A stretch of 64,000 bases of DNA, from the IMG/VR virus record IMGVR_UViG_3300029305_005063, one strand, 5' to 3'. Both the position numbers and the translations under genes were made by a program. The notes beneath the pieces are model-generated. The model was given only the letters and a program-made list of their open reading frames with translations. It ran no database searches and was not told the DNA's origin. Each line of letters opens with the position of its first letter. The first letter of the stretch is position 1. Shown one piece after another: positions 37,256 to 47,312 of this stretch. Source of the stretch: an uncultured virus (IMG/VR IMGVR_UViG_3300029305_005063) (Duplodnaviria; Heunggongvirae; Uroviricota; Caudoviricetes).

Positions 37256-38302
37256 TCAGCCGATGAGACACGCTTGACTGACTCGAAGCGCGGTTGTCCA
37301 GCACAGGTCGAACGTCTTGGTATACAAGTTGATCTCCTGGCTAAGGATCGAACCGAACTTAACGATAGCGGTGCAGACGTACGGATCTTTAACGCAGAAA
37401 TCAGTTGATATCCTGCGCCCTTCATCCATGATGTCCACAGACAGCTTGTACAGCTGGTTGATGTACTTGCTGACGCTCTCGGCGTGTTTGAACACAACAG
37501 CGTTCTTGATCTTGTCGAGATCGTTCCAGCCGACTTCGCTCAAGACATTCGATTCCTCGATCTTGACAAGTCTCTTGCTGGGACCAACTCCAATAAGACC
37601 TTCGGTGCCGTTGGTATCAACTCCGTAGGTGAACTCCACAAGCTTGTGCTCGCTGAGGAACTTAGCAACAGCTCCTTCACGAACTACCTTGTTGAGTTGT
37701 TCCAGAGCTTCCTTGGTATCCTCTTTGTCCTTGAGCTGCGAACGCAACTTGGTGAGGATGGGTAGGATGCTCTGCACATCCTTCGCCACAACTCCGATGT
37801 TGTTGACTATGGGATTAGCCAGTTCGGCATAGTCTCCATAGGTCATCACCACCATCCGCATCGAGCTATCCAGCTCGGTGAACTTGGAGGTGTCGATGTC
37901 TTTATTCATCCGGAGTTTCTTGACGAACAGATCGAATACGGTGACAGAATAGTTCTTAACCGTTGTGATCAGCGTCTGGGCGAAAGTGGAAACTTTCTTG
38001 GAGTAGTCCTCGACAACACCTTCGAGTCCTACATGCAAATCGTGCAAAGAATATTTCGGATTGTCTTTTCTCAGCTTGTCGACAATCGATTGGAGATACG
38101 CGTCAGGAGTCAATACGTCCTCGGACTGCATCAGCGCAACATAACGAGCTGCCCTCCTGGCAGTCACGCACCTAGCCGCAGCTGCTCGGATCTGGGTGGC
38201 TACCGACTTGATGTTACCGGTATATCCGTTGAGCAGGGCGCGAAGCTGATCTTCAGTCTCATGGGACTCAACCTGCGTTGTAGTCCTAAGATTCAAAGCC
38301 AT
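37256..38302 (-). CDS. putative virion internal-head protein
   Basis: GLE|G followed by amphipathic helix; late motif at 38339-38346. Confidence 0.55.
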   Translation of the reverse strand: MALNLRTTTQVESHETEDQLRALLNGYTGNIKSVATQIRAAAARCVTARRAARYVALMQSEDVLTPDAYLQSIVDKLRKDNPKYSLHDLHVGLEGVVEDYSKKVSTFAQTLITTVKNYSVTVFDLFVKKLRMNKDIDTSKFTELDSSMRMVVMTYGDYAELANPIVNNIGVVAKDVQSILPILTKLRSQLKDKEDTKEALEQLNKVVREGAVAKFLSEHKLVEFTYGVDTNGTEGLIGVGPSKRLVKIEESNVLSEVGWNDLDKIKNAVVFKHAESVSKYINQLYKLSVDIMDEGRRISTDFCVKDPYVCTAIVKFGSILSQEINLYTKTFDLCWTTALRVSQACLIG

Positions 38303-38405
38303 ACCTCATCATCTCCCTTAATTTTTTTAAGCGAAGTTCATAAAATAGGTAATACATATAGTTCACATTTTATGATCTTTTTATAAATTCAAGAAGGGAT
38401 TCACT

Positions 38406-40094
38406 ATGCCTACACCAGCCAAGGCTGCAGAGCCATTCAACCTGGCATTCCTGGACCTTGACAAACTCATTAAAGACGAGAACCTCATGGAGGTCACGTC
38501 TGAGTTCATCAAGGAACCTTCCTCGAATCATTTCCATCATGAAGGTCTGTTCTCCGAGGAGATCTTCGGCCAGATCGGGTCCGAATCACGTCTCAAGCGC
38601 GGAGCTTACATCAAGCTCAACTGCCACGTCCTCCACCCGATCGTGTTCCAGAACCTCCAGGCAGTTCGCAGGTTCTACATCGAGATCATCTCGGGTAACT
38701 CGTATGCTGTCTGGGACAATGAGGAGAAGGATTTCAAGAGAGCTGCTTCTGACGAGCGTGGAGCCGACACCGGCTATACGTTCTTCATGAAACATTTCAA
38801 CCAGCTTGACCTTACCAAGTCATCCTCTCTGAAGCGCAACGACAGGATCGACGTGATCATGAAGTACAAGAACCTCAGGATCATCGACAAGATCTACGTC
38901 ATACCTGCCGCTGTCCGAGACATGAAGGAAGAAGACACGAGAATGGAGAAAGACTCCATCAACAAGCTCTACACAGGTCTTCTCCGTAATGCAAAAGCGA
39001 TGACACCTGGTTCCGATACCAACGCTTTGTTCGACTCTGTCCACTATCTCATCCAGCGTCGTGTAGTCGAGCTGTATGATTTTGTGGCGAACCTGATGTC
39101 TGGCAAGCACGGGTTCATGGAAGGCAAATACCAGCATCGCTCCATAGCTCGTGGTACTCGTAACGTCATCACTGCTTCTGATATGGACTGTGAGTCACCC
39201 GATGCTCCAAACGCTCACCGGATAGACGAGACTAAAGTCCCGCTCTTCCAGGCAGCTAAGGGTGGAGCCAACTTCATGGTCTACATGTTCAAGTCTCTGT
39301 TCTACGATCAGATCGTTAGCATCTCATCTGAAAATGTTCCTCTGATCAACCCGAAGACACTCAACCTCGAGTATGTTCCTTTGTCGGGTAGGGATAAGGA
39401 CAGGATGATGACATCAGAAGGCATCGAACGTACCATTGACAGGTTCCGTGATACTGCCAACCGATTCAACCCTGTTACAGCAGAAGGACCCAACAACCAG
39501 AGGTTCTATCTGTTCATGGTGTATGACGAAGGTAACCGAGTCTACATCACTCGTAACGTCGCTGAGTTCAAACAGAGGTTCGAACAGGCTGGTAAGAAAT
39601 ACGATCCTGAGAAGATGCGTCCTCTTACGAATGCAGAAATGCTCTACATCGTAGCCTTCCACGCTCTTAAAGGAACACACGCGACTGTCACTCGTTATCC
39701 CGTAACGGATGACCAGTCCATCTACGTGTCTAAGACACACCTGATGACGACTACTCCGTCAAGGATAGTTCGTCTGTGCCAGAACGTCGAAGACTCTGAA
39801 ACGGACATCATCCTTCCAGAGTATCCTGTTTTGAATGCGAGATTTGTCGATGCTGTGATGCTTCATCCTACAAGATTGAAGTCTCTAGCGGCCGATTTTG
39901 ACGGGGACACAGTAAGCTGGATTCCGATATTCTCAGAGGAAGCGAATGCCGAGTGTGAACGTTACATTCACTCTTCGTCCAACTACATTCTCCCGAGTGG
40001 TAACACTCTCTCGAGAATGGCGGACGACATTGTGTCTATGACGATACACGCTCTCACACGTGACCTTCCTGAGTTGAAAAAACAATCAGCTTAA
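38406..40094 (+). CDS. virion RNA polymerase beta' subunit N-part (phiKZ gp180-like)
   Basis: GLFSEEIFG, VLHP, GKHG..R, TRYP and catalytic ADFDGD motif; 562 aa. Confidence 0.88.
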   Translation: MPTPAKAAEPFNLAFLDLDKLIKDENLMEVTSEFIKEPSSNHFHHEGLFSEEIFGQIGSESRLKRGAYIKLNCHVLHPIVFQNLQAVRRFYIEIISGNSYAVWDNEEKDFKRAASDERGADTGYTFFMKHFNQLDLTKSSSLKRNDRIDVIMKYKNLRIIDKIYVIPAAVRDMKEEDTRMEKDSINKLYTGLLRNAKAMTPGSDTNALFDSVHYLIQRRVVELYDFVANLMSGKHGFMEGKYQHRSIARGTRNVITASDMDCESPDAPNAHRIDETKVPLFQAAKGGANFMVYMFKSLFYDQIVSISSENVPLINPKTLNLEYVPLSGRDKDRMMTSEGIERTIDRFRDTANRFNPVTAEGPNNQRFYLFMVYDEGNRVYITRNVAEFKQRFEQAGKKYDPEKMRPLTNAEMLYIVAFHALKGTHATVTRYPVTDDQSIYVSKTHLMTTTPSRIVRLCQNVEDSETDIILPEYPVLNARFVDAVMLHPTRLKSLAADFDGDTVSWIPIFSEEANAECERYIHSSSNYILPSGNTLSRMADDIVSMTIHALTRDLPELKKQSA

Positions 40095-40216
40095 GTTAGT
40101 GATAGAAGCATGGAGTGGGACGTCCCACTCCATGCTTCCTCATTTTCACATACTATGCCCGTACACTCCAAGTCGATGTCAATTTGCGAGGCTAATCTAC
40201 GCAAGGAGGTATACAA

Positions 40217-40351
40217 ATGATTATAGAAAAAAGAACTCAAGATGGCCAGGCCTACTACGTCATCGGAATGGATTCCGATACCTTCAAAGCTGGTCAGAAA
40301 CAAATACGAGAACGCCTTGACAAGATAGAAGAGCTTCTCTTGATGCTATGA
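40217..40351 (+). CDS. small peptide (44 aa)
   Basis: AAGGAGG SD; late-like CATACTATG upstream; terminator downstream; not in track. Confidence 0.45.
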   Translation: MIIEKRTQDGQAYYVIGMDSDTFKAGQKQIRERLDKIEELLLML

Positions 40352-40512
40352 AAGGATTGATCAAGTCGATGACAGAATGACATTTACGGGAAGCTCCGGG
40401 TACTACCTCTGGGTCGACAAGGCCCGGAGGTAGCTACCTTTTATTTTGACAAAAAGAAAATAACCCGCCAGGTGCCCTTGCGGACACCTAGCAGGGTAAC
40501 CGATAACACTCT

Positions 40513-40803
40513 TCAGACGCTCTTATTCCAGGCGTCGTACTTTTCCTTGACTGCCTGCCAAGTAGCAGCGTCAACGTACAAGCACTTGCGAGTGAAGATC
40601 ACAGGATCCTCATCACCGTAGTTGCCGTACTGGATCAGGTACTCAGCGATGTTGCCATTGCGAGTACGAAGCAGCCTCGGAACTGCTTTGTCGAGAGGGA
40701 TCTCGACATCGTGCAGAGCCGGATGCTTGACCTGTGCGATCGTGATGATCGGAGCACCACTCTCGTAGTCCTCCTTGAAGAGTTTGGGCAAACGCATTGC
40801 CAT
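40513..40803 (-). CDS. hypothetical protein
   Basis: 96 aa, GGAGG SD. Confidence 0.6.
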   Translation of the reverse strand: MAMRLPKLFKEDYESGAPIITIAQVKHPALHDVEIPLDKAVPRLLRTRNGNIAEYLIQYGNYGDEDPVIFTRKCLYVDAATWQAVKEKYDAWNKSV

Positions 40804-40855
40804 GGTTGTTCCTCCCTAATGGGTGTAAGTGTGTTTATAAGAATGATAGACGAAG

Positions 40856-41128
40856 TTAACGTTTACGATGAGCGAAGACGATGAAGTTGTCGATATAACC
40901 AACAACCCCATCGTCTAACGTATCGTCACGTTCACGGACAGGAAGAGTGATCTCGTTGTCAATCTCCACATCCTTGAGTTTAGAGTCAGTACGGACGATG
41001 GCTTGGAATCTAGACAGAGCATCGCGGTTAGCAGACCGGATGATCTGCTCGAACGCTTGCTTCTGTATGCTAAGCTTCTGATCATCCGGAATGTCTCCAA
41101 TCACGTGTACTCTGAATAGAAGATCCAT
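40856..41128 (-). CDS. hypothetical protein
   Basis: 90 aa, AGGAG SD. Confidence 0.55.
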   Translation of the reverse strand: MDLLFRVHVIGDIPDDQKLSIQKQAFEQIIRSANRDALSRFQAIVRTDSKLKDVEIDNEITLPVRERDDTLDDGVVGYIDNFIVFAHRKR

Positions 41129-41138
41129 GAGTTCACTC

Positions 41139-41696
41139 CTACAAGTGGTTCTTGAACCAACGTTCGATGTCGCTGATCCTGTCCCAGTTGCTTGTCAAGA
41201 TGAACTCTTCCAAGAAGACATGCTTGTACCTGACGGATTCATCTATCTCGAACACAGCTTGGATCCACTTCTTCAGACGAGGACGGCTAGTTGTCAGCTT
41301 ATCCATGATCTTGAGCTTACTGACCAGCTTGTCGATCTTCTTCTCGATCCTTGGAGATTTAGGCTTACCGTTGTAGTATGCGGTGTTGCGCTTGATGTTG
41401 CGAATGTTAAGGTCCTTGTCGATCGTTATTTCAACGACATGACACTTCTCATAATCGCCACCAACCCAGTCACCGTATCCCGAATAGTAATACCCAATGC
41501 CTATCCGGATGAACGGGAACACTTTAGGATCGCAGCTGAACTCAGCTACTCCTGAAGGAGTTAGCCTGTACTGTAATCCGTAAGTCATCCCGTTCCAGAC
41601 AGTCACTGTATCGACATCGAGTAGCTCGATAAGCTTGTCAACTGGCGACATCGTAAGACGATCGAACCAGCAGAGAAGTTTGCTCATCATGGTCAC
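41139..41696 (-). CDS. hypothetical protein
   Basis: 185 aa, coupled to upstream gene. Confidence 0.6.
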   Translation of the reverse strand: MTMMSKLLCWFDRLTMSPVDKLIELLDVDTVTVWNGMTYGLQYRLTPSGVAEFSCDPKVFPFIRIGIGYYYSGYGDWVGGDYEKCHVVEITIDKDLNIRNIKRNTAYYNGKPKSPRIEKKIDKLVSKLKIMDKLTTSRPRLKKWIQAVFEIDESVRYKHVFLEEFILTSNWDRISDIERWFKNHL

Positions 41697-42109
41697 TGCC
41701 CTCTGTGAAGGATTTCTTCGACGGTTTGCTTCATGCGACTCTCCAGCATTCCGCTGAAAGCCACGTTCATTGTGAAGTTGTCGATGAGGTTCCGCATGAT
41801 GGCTGCAGCCAGGAGTTCCCTGTAGTTCTTCTTGAGATCGTCAAGCATCGCCTTCTTGATCTCTTCGATCTCGGGACCGAACTTGATCTCCTTGACAGCC
41901 GCTTCTGCGAGAGGTCCGAGTTTGCACTTCTTGTTGTAGTAGTCTCCAGATACCTCAATGAGTGCGCCTCTGAGGTCAGGGTTCTTGTTGAACGACTCAA
42001 GAATGACCTGCTTGAGGATCTCCTGCAGCTCTTCCTTGGGTAGGTTCTCGAGTCCATCCTTGATTACCTTCTCGAAGGCGGAAGACTCAACTTCAATGTT
42101 CATTTTCAT
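41693..42109 (-). CDS. helical hypothetical protein
   Basis: Start moved to MKMNIE. Confidence 0.6.
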   Translation of the reverse strand: MKMNIEVESSAFEKVIKDGLENLPKEELQEILKQVILESFNKNPDLRGALIEVSGDYYNKKCKLGPLAEAAVKEIKFGPEIEEIKKAMLDDLKKNYRELLAAAIMRNLIDNFTMNVAFSGMLESRMKQTVEEILHRGQ

Positions 42110-42146
42110 TTGTGTGTTTCCTTTTTTTGGTTGTTGCAAAATCGAC

Positions 42147-42386
42147 TTAGAATTCGATGATGTCAGGCGCAGACTTGAGCCTCTGGAATCCTGTGTCTTT
42201 GCCAGTGTATACGTACTGAACCGTTTTGAACGCTCGCTTGTCGTTAACAAGCACGACGTCATTCGGGTTGGGAGCGACGACTACACCATTTTCAAGTTTG
42301 ATGGTCTGTCGTTTCTCCTTGACACTTTTTCGAATCTGGTACATCGTAGCAGAGCCGATGTACTTCAACTGCTTAAACTTTTTCAT
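42147..42386 (-). CDS. small basic protein
   Basis: Start MKKFKQ behind AAGGA. Confidence 0.5.
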   Translation of the reverse strand: MKKFKQLKYIGSATMYQIRKSVKEKRQTIKLENGVVVAPNPNDVVLVNDKRAFKTVQYVYTGKDTGFQRLKSAPDIIEF

Positions 42387-42464
42387 TGTACGAATCCTTT
42401 GTTTGAAGTTGATGGAATTAGGTAGGTGGCCCACTCGGACCACCTACCGTCAGAAGCCTTAAAA

Positions 42465-43850
42465 CTACTTGGCCTGTAGAGGGATATTGACAGGGGCATT
42501 TTGGCTGTAGAACCAACGAACAACCCCCAGAAATCCACCCACATTTTCCTCGTAGAAATCCTTAGCATCAGGAATGGCATTCTTCACATCTTGCTCGAAC
42601 TGCTCCATCGGAGGTATGTTAGACCTGTCGATGAACCACACTCCAGACCTGAACCAATTGGTCTTGGTTCTCACGAATCCGACGAACGTATGGAAGATGC
42701 TTCCATCAATGGGATCGATGATGTCGACAGTGTGGTTGAATGCGGTAAGCAGTTCGGTCATGAATGGATGGTTGATTGCCAAACACCTCTTGCCAAGGAA
42801 CGACGTCTTGAAGACGTTGGCTATCAGAGAGATCTTGTCAGACTTGCATGCTGCCTGGTTGGCGAACATATCCTTACGAGCATCCAAGATCCGTTCATAC
42901 GCAGTGATAACATCCTTCATCGGAGGGACGGTCTCACTAGGAGGAAGAGCGAAGGGATACTCCGCAGTCTGGAACCCGCAAGCGCCAGGATGCCCGCCTC
43001 CACCAGGGAATGCCTGAGCAAGAGGAAGAACGACCTTCACGTTGTCGGGTGAGTAGAATGACGCACGATACCTCTTGATGTCCGAAGCGTACTGGATGAC
43101 GCACAGAGCATCGATAGAGTTTCTGAGCTCTGGAGAGATGGAATCGAAGAACATGCTGTTGCCTTGTTTAGTGTTGGCAACAAGCACCTTCTTGCCCATG
43201 AACTCGTAGACATACGAGAGTTCGCGACACATGATCATGTTACGGAACTCTTTGAACTTAGCGATACGACCGCCGGCATCGCAGATGATGCTCAGTCTCT
43301 TCTCAACAACTTCAGGGTTGTCGCTGAGGAGATCGTTCCACACGTAGCAAGTCCTGTATGAAACACGCTGTTCGAACAGTCCAATGCCATCTGCGAATTC
43401 CTTAGTACCAGGTTCGTCGAACTTCCACAGATCGTAGGAAGTGACCAGCTTAACAGTTCTCGGAGGAGGGACAGCGGGATACAGATACATCCAGGTCAAT
43501 TCGGAACCAGATATTCCGGCTTTCCTCAGACCAGGGAACGCATATCCTTGCTCTTCAAGTGCTCGATAATTCGCCTCGTGATGATCGACCCATATCAAAT
43601 CGATACCGAGATTGCGACACTTGTCCATCTCGTGAGGAAGCAAGCTGTAGTCAGTGACGAACATCTTGCACCCACGGACGAATGCGGCATTGGGAATATC
43701 CCTGCCGTAGTTAGAGTAGAAGACTCTTGCATGAGGGTAGCGCTTCTTCACAATAGCAGCAGCGCAGTACCCATCAAGGTCGACGTGCGATATGCACACA
43801 ACGTCTTGCTCGAGGTTATCGAATTCTGCCATAACACACCTTTCTTTCAC
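42465..43850 (-). CDS. DHH/DHHA1 family phosphoesterase
   Basis: HVDLDG, TDYS, VDHH, YDLW, GGGHPGACG motifs. Confidence 0.88.
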   Translation of the reverse strand: MKERCVMAEFDNLEQDVVCISHVDLDGYCAAAIVKKRYPHARVFYSNYGRDIPNAAFVRGCKMFVTDYSLLPHEMDKCRNLGIDLIWVDHHEANYRALEEQGYAFPGLRKAGISGSELTWMYLYPAVPPPRTVKLVTSYDLWKFDEPGTKEFADGIGLFEQRVSYRTCYVWNDLLSDNPEVVEKRLSIICDAGGRIAKFKEFRNMIMCRELSYVYEFMGKKVLVANTKQGNSMFFDSISPELRNSIDALCVIQYASDIKRYRASFYSPDNVKVVLPLAQAFPGGGGHPGACGFQTAEYPFALPPSETVPPMKDVITAYERILDARKDMFANQAACKSDKISLIANVFKTSFLGKRCLAINHPFMTELLTAFNHTVDIIDPIDGSIFHTFVGFVRTKTNWFRSGVWFIDRSNIPPMEQFEQDVKNAIPDAKDFYEENVGGFLGVVRWFYSQNAPVNIPLQAK

Positions 43851-43890
43851 TAGTGATTCATAGAAGGTTTGTGATGAGATAGAATATTAC

Positions 43891-44316
43891 TCAGATTCCG
43901 TAGTAGTCTCTGAGAGCTCGTATCCTATCTATCTTGTGCTGAAAACCTTTCAATTTCTCAGCTTCCGATCCGTAAGAATGGGTCTTAATGAATGACACCC
44001 TAAGGAGATTCCGGTCTTGCGGTTTAAGGAGCTCAGGCATCTCGATGTCCTCATATCCGAGATCAACGTCCCAGCTGTCGTTATCCCAATCTCCAATCTT
44101 GTCTTTGTGCACAGGTTTCAATTCCTGACGCATCGGAACGAACGCTTCGAGTAGAAGATTTACTTCGTTTATTGACCGGGATAGAATCATCACATACGGA
44201 CGACTCAGACCGTCATCGTGCCCTTGGCAAGAGTACCGAGTTCTCGTGTTGTTGAGTCGATTGATCTCATCGCACAGAGGAATAATCAGTGGATCCATGT
44301 CTCTTGGATAGTTCAT
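43891..44316 (-). CDS. TYW3-like N-terminal motif protein
   Basis: DPLIIPLCDEINR...TRYSCQGH resembles the DxxIxxLxxxIN...TxSSCxG motif. Confidence 0.5.
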   Translation of the reverse strand: MNYPRDMDPLIIPLCDEINRLNNTRTRYSCQGHDDGLSRPYVMILSRSINEVNLLLEAFVPMRQELKPVHKDKIGDWDNDSWDVDLGYEDIEMPELLKPQDRNLLRVSFIKTHSYGSEAEKLKGFQHKIDRIRALRDYYGI

Positions 44317-44388
44317 GGTAGTACATCATTTGAAGAAATTAAAATGTAAGCAGCTCCACCGAAGGACTAACCCTCGGTGGAGTCAAGC

Positions 44389-44673
44389 TTAATCGTAATG
44401 GATGTGGTCTCTGACGTCCTTCGGGAAGATGTCCATCATGGTGAACACCTGCCGAGTCATGTAACAAGGAGTCCATTGGCTGAAGCTTTTGCACTTCTTG
44501 TTTGCGGCGATAGCTGCGCGAACAGCGTGATCTCCTGAAACACAGTTGATAACACCGTCAGCATCGCTGGGATCCGTGTTAAGAGCGAAGAACGGACCGA
44601 TGATTTGTTTTTCAGTAGGAGGGCTCGAACGTACTGTCCGACGGAATTTAGCCGATTTACTCAGTTTGGCCAT
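44389..44673 (-). CDS. hypothetical protein
   Basis: 94 aa, GGAG SD. Confidence 0.55.
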   Translation of the reverse strand: MAKLSKSAKFRRTVRSSPPTEKQIIGPFFALNTDPSDADGVINCVSGDHAVRAAIAANKKCKSFSQWTPCYMTRQVFTMMDIFPKDVRDHIHYD

Positions 44674-44734
44674 TTGTAGGTCTCCGGGGTTATAGAGTGA
44701 AGAGAGAGTAGTATAATCTGGTTCTACAGTGTCG

Positions 44735-45222
44735 TTAGAAATTACGACTACGTTGAGCCGCTTCCCTAATCGACATGTTCCGTGTGGATCTCACGATCTC
44801 CATGTGATCAGGGTCAGGTTTGATGAGTCCAGCCTTCTTGGCACGCTGAAGCTGGCAGTATTCCGTCTGGTTGGCTTTACGCATTTTCACATTGTTGTGC
44901 GCAACCCACACCTTGTTGAAATACTTCTTGATAGCTTCTTCCGTGAAGATTTGGTTGAGAATGATGAACAACCTTGGAAGGTTGTCACCACATTTCTCAA
45001 GAGCGTGATGGAATCTCACGCGGCACTCGTACGAAAGCATGCGCAGCTCGGGATCCCACTTGTAGTGCTTACCCGAATCAGGGTACGCCAGTAGAGAGAG
45101 AGAGGGTTATTACCGTCAGACTCGCTGACATTCCTGACAAGGATATAAGCCTTCCGAGGAAGACCAGCTTTGTCGGTCTGAATGATGACAGATTCTTTGA
45201 CGAATCTCTCTGAGTAGTTCAT
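44735..45222 (-). pseudogene. early gene split by a frameshift in a (CT)6 tract
   Basis: ORFs 45016..45222 and 44735..45040 fuse into one 161-aa frame if one CT unit at 45093-45104 is removed. Confidence 0.6.
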
Positions 45223-45250
45223 GAGTAGTTCCTTTCTGGGTTAGAGGTTG

Positions 45251-45268
45251 TTCACTGCAGTAATAAAT
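45251..45268 (-). promoter_or_regulatory. early-type promoter motif
   Basis: ATTTATTACTGCAGTGAA. Confidence 0.6.
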
Positions 45269-45335
45269 CTACAAAATAATGAAGAGCCTAGGGACTGGAG
45301 TGATCCAGTCCCTAGACATCTCCAATGTGTTTGTC

Positions 45336-46544
45336 TTAACCCTCGGTAGGAGGAACAATCTCGACTCCGTTGACGACAACCTTCGGGAACACCTCAGGAT
45401 GCTCGGCATAGGAGTAAACCTTCTTAGCCCTGGCGCAGTAGACGTAGAGCATCTGACCAACGACGCCGGTACCCATCTTGAACGTATCGGCAGTGAGAGC
45501 AACTCCACCGGCCGTGCAGTTCGTGATGTTGAGCGTGACGTTCTGGAACGGACGTTTCTCGAGGAAGTCAGCATCGCTCGTGCAGACACGATCGTCGAGG
45601 AGGATGATGCCCTCGTACGCGTCGGGAGACTCTTCAGTGCCCTTCTCGTAGTTGGCAATGTCGACACCCTCGAGGTTGACCGTGAGTTTCTTGCCGACAC
45701 CAGAGAAATCGCTGATGCAGAGGAACTGCTCGCAAGTCTTGAACGTCGTGTTCTTGATGTTGAGCGTAGCATCCTCGTCATGTCCAGCGAACCAGACGTT
45801 GACGTGCTTGCACTCTTCATCGAATACACAGTCCTCAATCGTCATCCTCTTCAGGTACTCTGTGGTAACCTGACCGGTCATGACGGTGTTGTACGTCGGA
45901 CCGTTGAACGTGACACCGTTGAGATCGAGAGTCTTGACGTTCTTGGCGATGATGAGGTTGCTGGAAGCCTGGGTGTGACCAGTGTACGTACCCTCGTCGA
46001 CAACGAGAGCTTCCGCATCGACAGTGATACCGTTGCCGCTGGTGTAAGCCGGAGCAGCCGTGAGGTTCTTGAGCTGGGCGTTCTTCGCCACGACGTTGAC
46101 GACCTGGTCGGTCGTGCCAGACACAACTGCGTTCTTTGCTGGATCGTTGATGTCAACTGGAACGCCTTCCTCAGCTTCGACTTCCGTGGAGATGGTGCTC
46201 TCAAAAGCATCATACATCGCAGCGACGATCTCGGACATATTCTCGATCACGGGCTCGGTGAACGTTGTCTCGCTCTCAGTGGGGAATTTCCACTTGATGG
46301 CAACAGCAGGAGAGCCACCCGCCCAGTTGTCATACATGTACTTGACGACTTCGGTCATGTTGGAGATCTGCTTCTTCGTGAAGATGAGACCTTCGGTCGC
46401 ATACTTCATGATCTTTTCAGGGAGCGGATCGCCAGACCAATTCTTGAGCATGTAACCAACAACCTCCTCGAGGTTGCCGATCTGCTTCTGGCAGAGTGCA
46501 AGCCCCTCAGTGGGGAACTGCCATTTAAGCGTAGGTTTAGCCAT
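45336..46544 (-). CDS. putative virion appendage: 3 N-terminal ~37-aa repeats + beta-helix-like domain
   Basis: Repeats KWQFPTEG..QIGNLEEVVGYM / KYATEG..QISNMTEVVKYM / KWKFPTES..IENMSEIVAAM; TIEDCVF, NIKNTTF, NITNCT rungs; late motif 46582-46589. Confidence 0.55.
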   Translation of the reverse strand: MAKPTLKWQFPTEGLALCQKQIGNLEEVVGYMLKNWSGDPLPEKIMKYATEGLIFTKKQISNMTEVVKYMYDNWAGGSPAVAIKWKFPTESETTFTEPVIENMSEIVAAMYDAFESTISTEVEAEEGVPVDINDPAKNAVVSGTTDQVVNVVAKNAQLKNLTAAPAYTSGNGITVDAEALVVDEGTYTGHTQASSNLIIAKNVKTLDLNGVTFNGPTYNTVMTGQVTTEYLKRMTIEDCVFDEECKHVNVWFAGHDEDATLNIKNTTFKTCEQFLCISDFSGVGKKLTVNLEGVDIANYEKGTEESPDAYEGIILLDDRVCTSDADFLEKRPFQNVTLNITNCTAGGVALTADTFKMGTGVVGQMLYVYCARAKKVYSYAEHPEVFPKVVVNGVEIVPPTEG

Positions 46545-46593
46545 GGTTATTTTCCTTCTGGTTGTTGTAACGGAAACCGTTCATAAAATCGCA

Positions 46594-46800
46594 TTAAAAA
46601 TGAACGTACCAGGCACAGAGCCCTAGAAAACCTACAACCAGAGTAACAGCGAGCACCTTGATACAGGTGACTAACTTCCTGTACGCTATCTCCTGCTGGA
46701 GCGTAGCGATCTCATCGGGATTGAGAGTGTCTCCGTACCGCGTCAGAAGACAGCGCATAGAGCGGACAGGCAAAGTCCTGAGGTAGCTGCGATCCATCAT
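46594..46800 (-). CDS. small membrane protein
   Basis: C-terminal TM helix, AAGGAG SD. Confidence 0.55.
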   Translation of the reverse strand: MMDRSYLRTLPVRSMRCLLTRYGDTLNPDEIATLQQEIAYRKLVTCIKVLAVTLVVGFLGLCAWYVHF

Positions 46801-46891
46801 AGCTTACTCCTTTGAGGGTGTATAGAACAGATGCAAAAAATAAGATACGTCAAGCTACCGCTAGCCTTAGCCAGCAGTAGCTTGCTTTTCT

Positions 46892-47239
46892 TCATTTGTC
46901 TGTGAATATCTCGTCAAGTATGACAAGAGACTTGATCTGAGATATTCTCTGTTGCATGTACTTGAGGCATGCGAGAGTGCCCACTTGCTTCGGATCTTTC
47001 TGCACGATCTCCCAGCTATTCCACGGAACTCTCATTCGTAGATCCGATTCGCATTGCTCCAAGTATTCGAGACATTTGTCAAGAGCTTTGACTTTGCTCT
47101 TGCATCTCGATAGTGCTGCAGCAACATGGTCTGCTATTTTCCGTTCACCTGTCTTTCTGTCAGTTATGATGACCTGACGACTGGTAAGTCTACGGATAAA
47201 TCTGTTGATGCCAGGTTGATCCATGACCAAATTCCTCAC
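46892..47239 (-). CDS. hypothetical protein
   Basis: 115 aa ORF. Confidence 0.5.
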   Translation of the reverse strand: MRNLVMDQPGINRFIRRLTSRQVIITDRKTGERKIADHVAAALSRCKSKVKALDKCLEYLEQCESDLRMRVPWNSWEIVQKDPKQVGTLACLKYMQQRISQIKSLVILDEIFTDK

Positions 47240-47312
47240 AGTTTGCTTACAAAAATAAGAATTACCTACAAATTATGGCGGCAAAACTAACGCTTAATCA
47301 ATAAGGAGAAAT

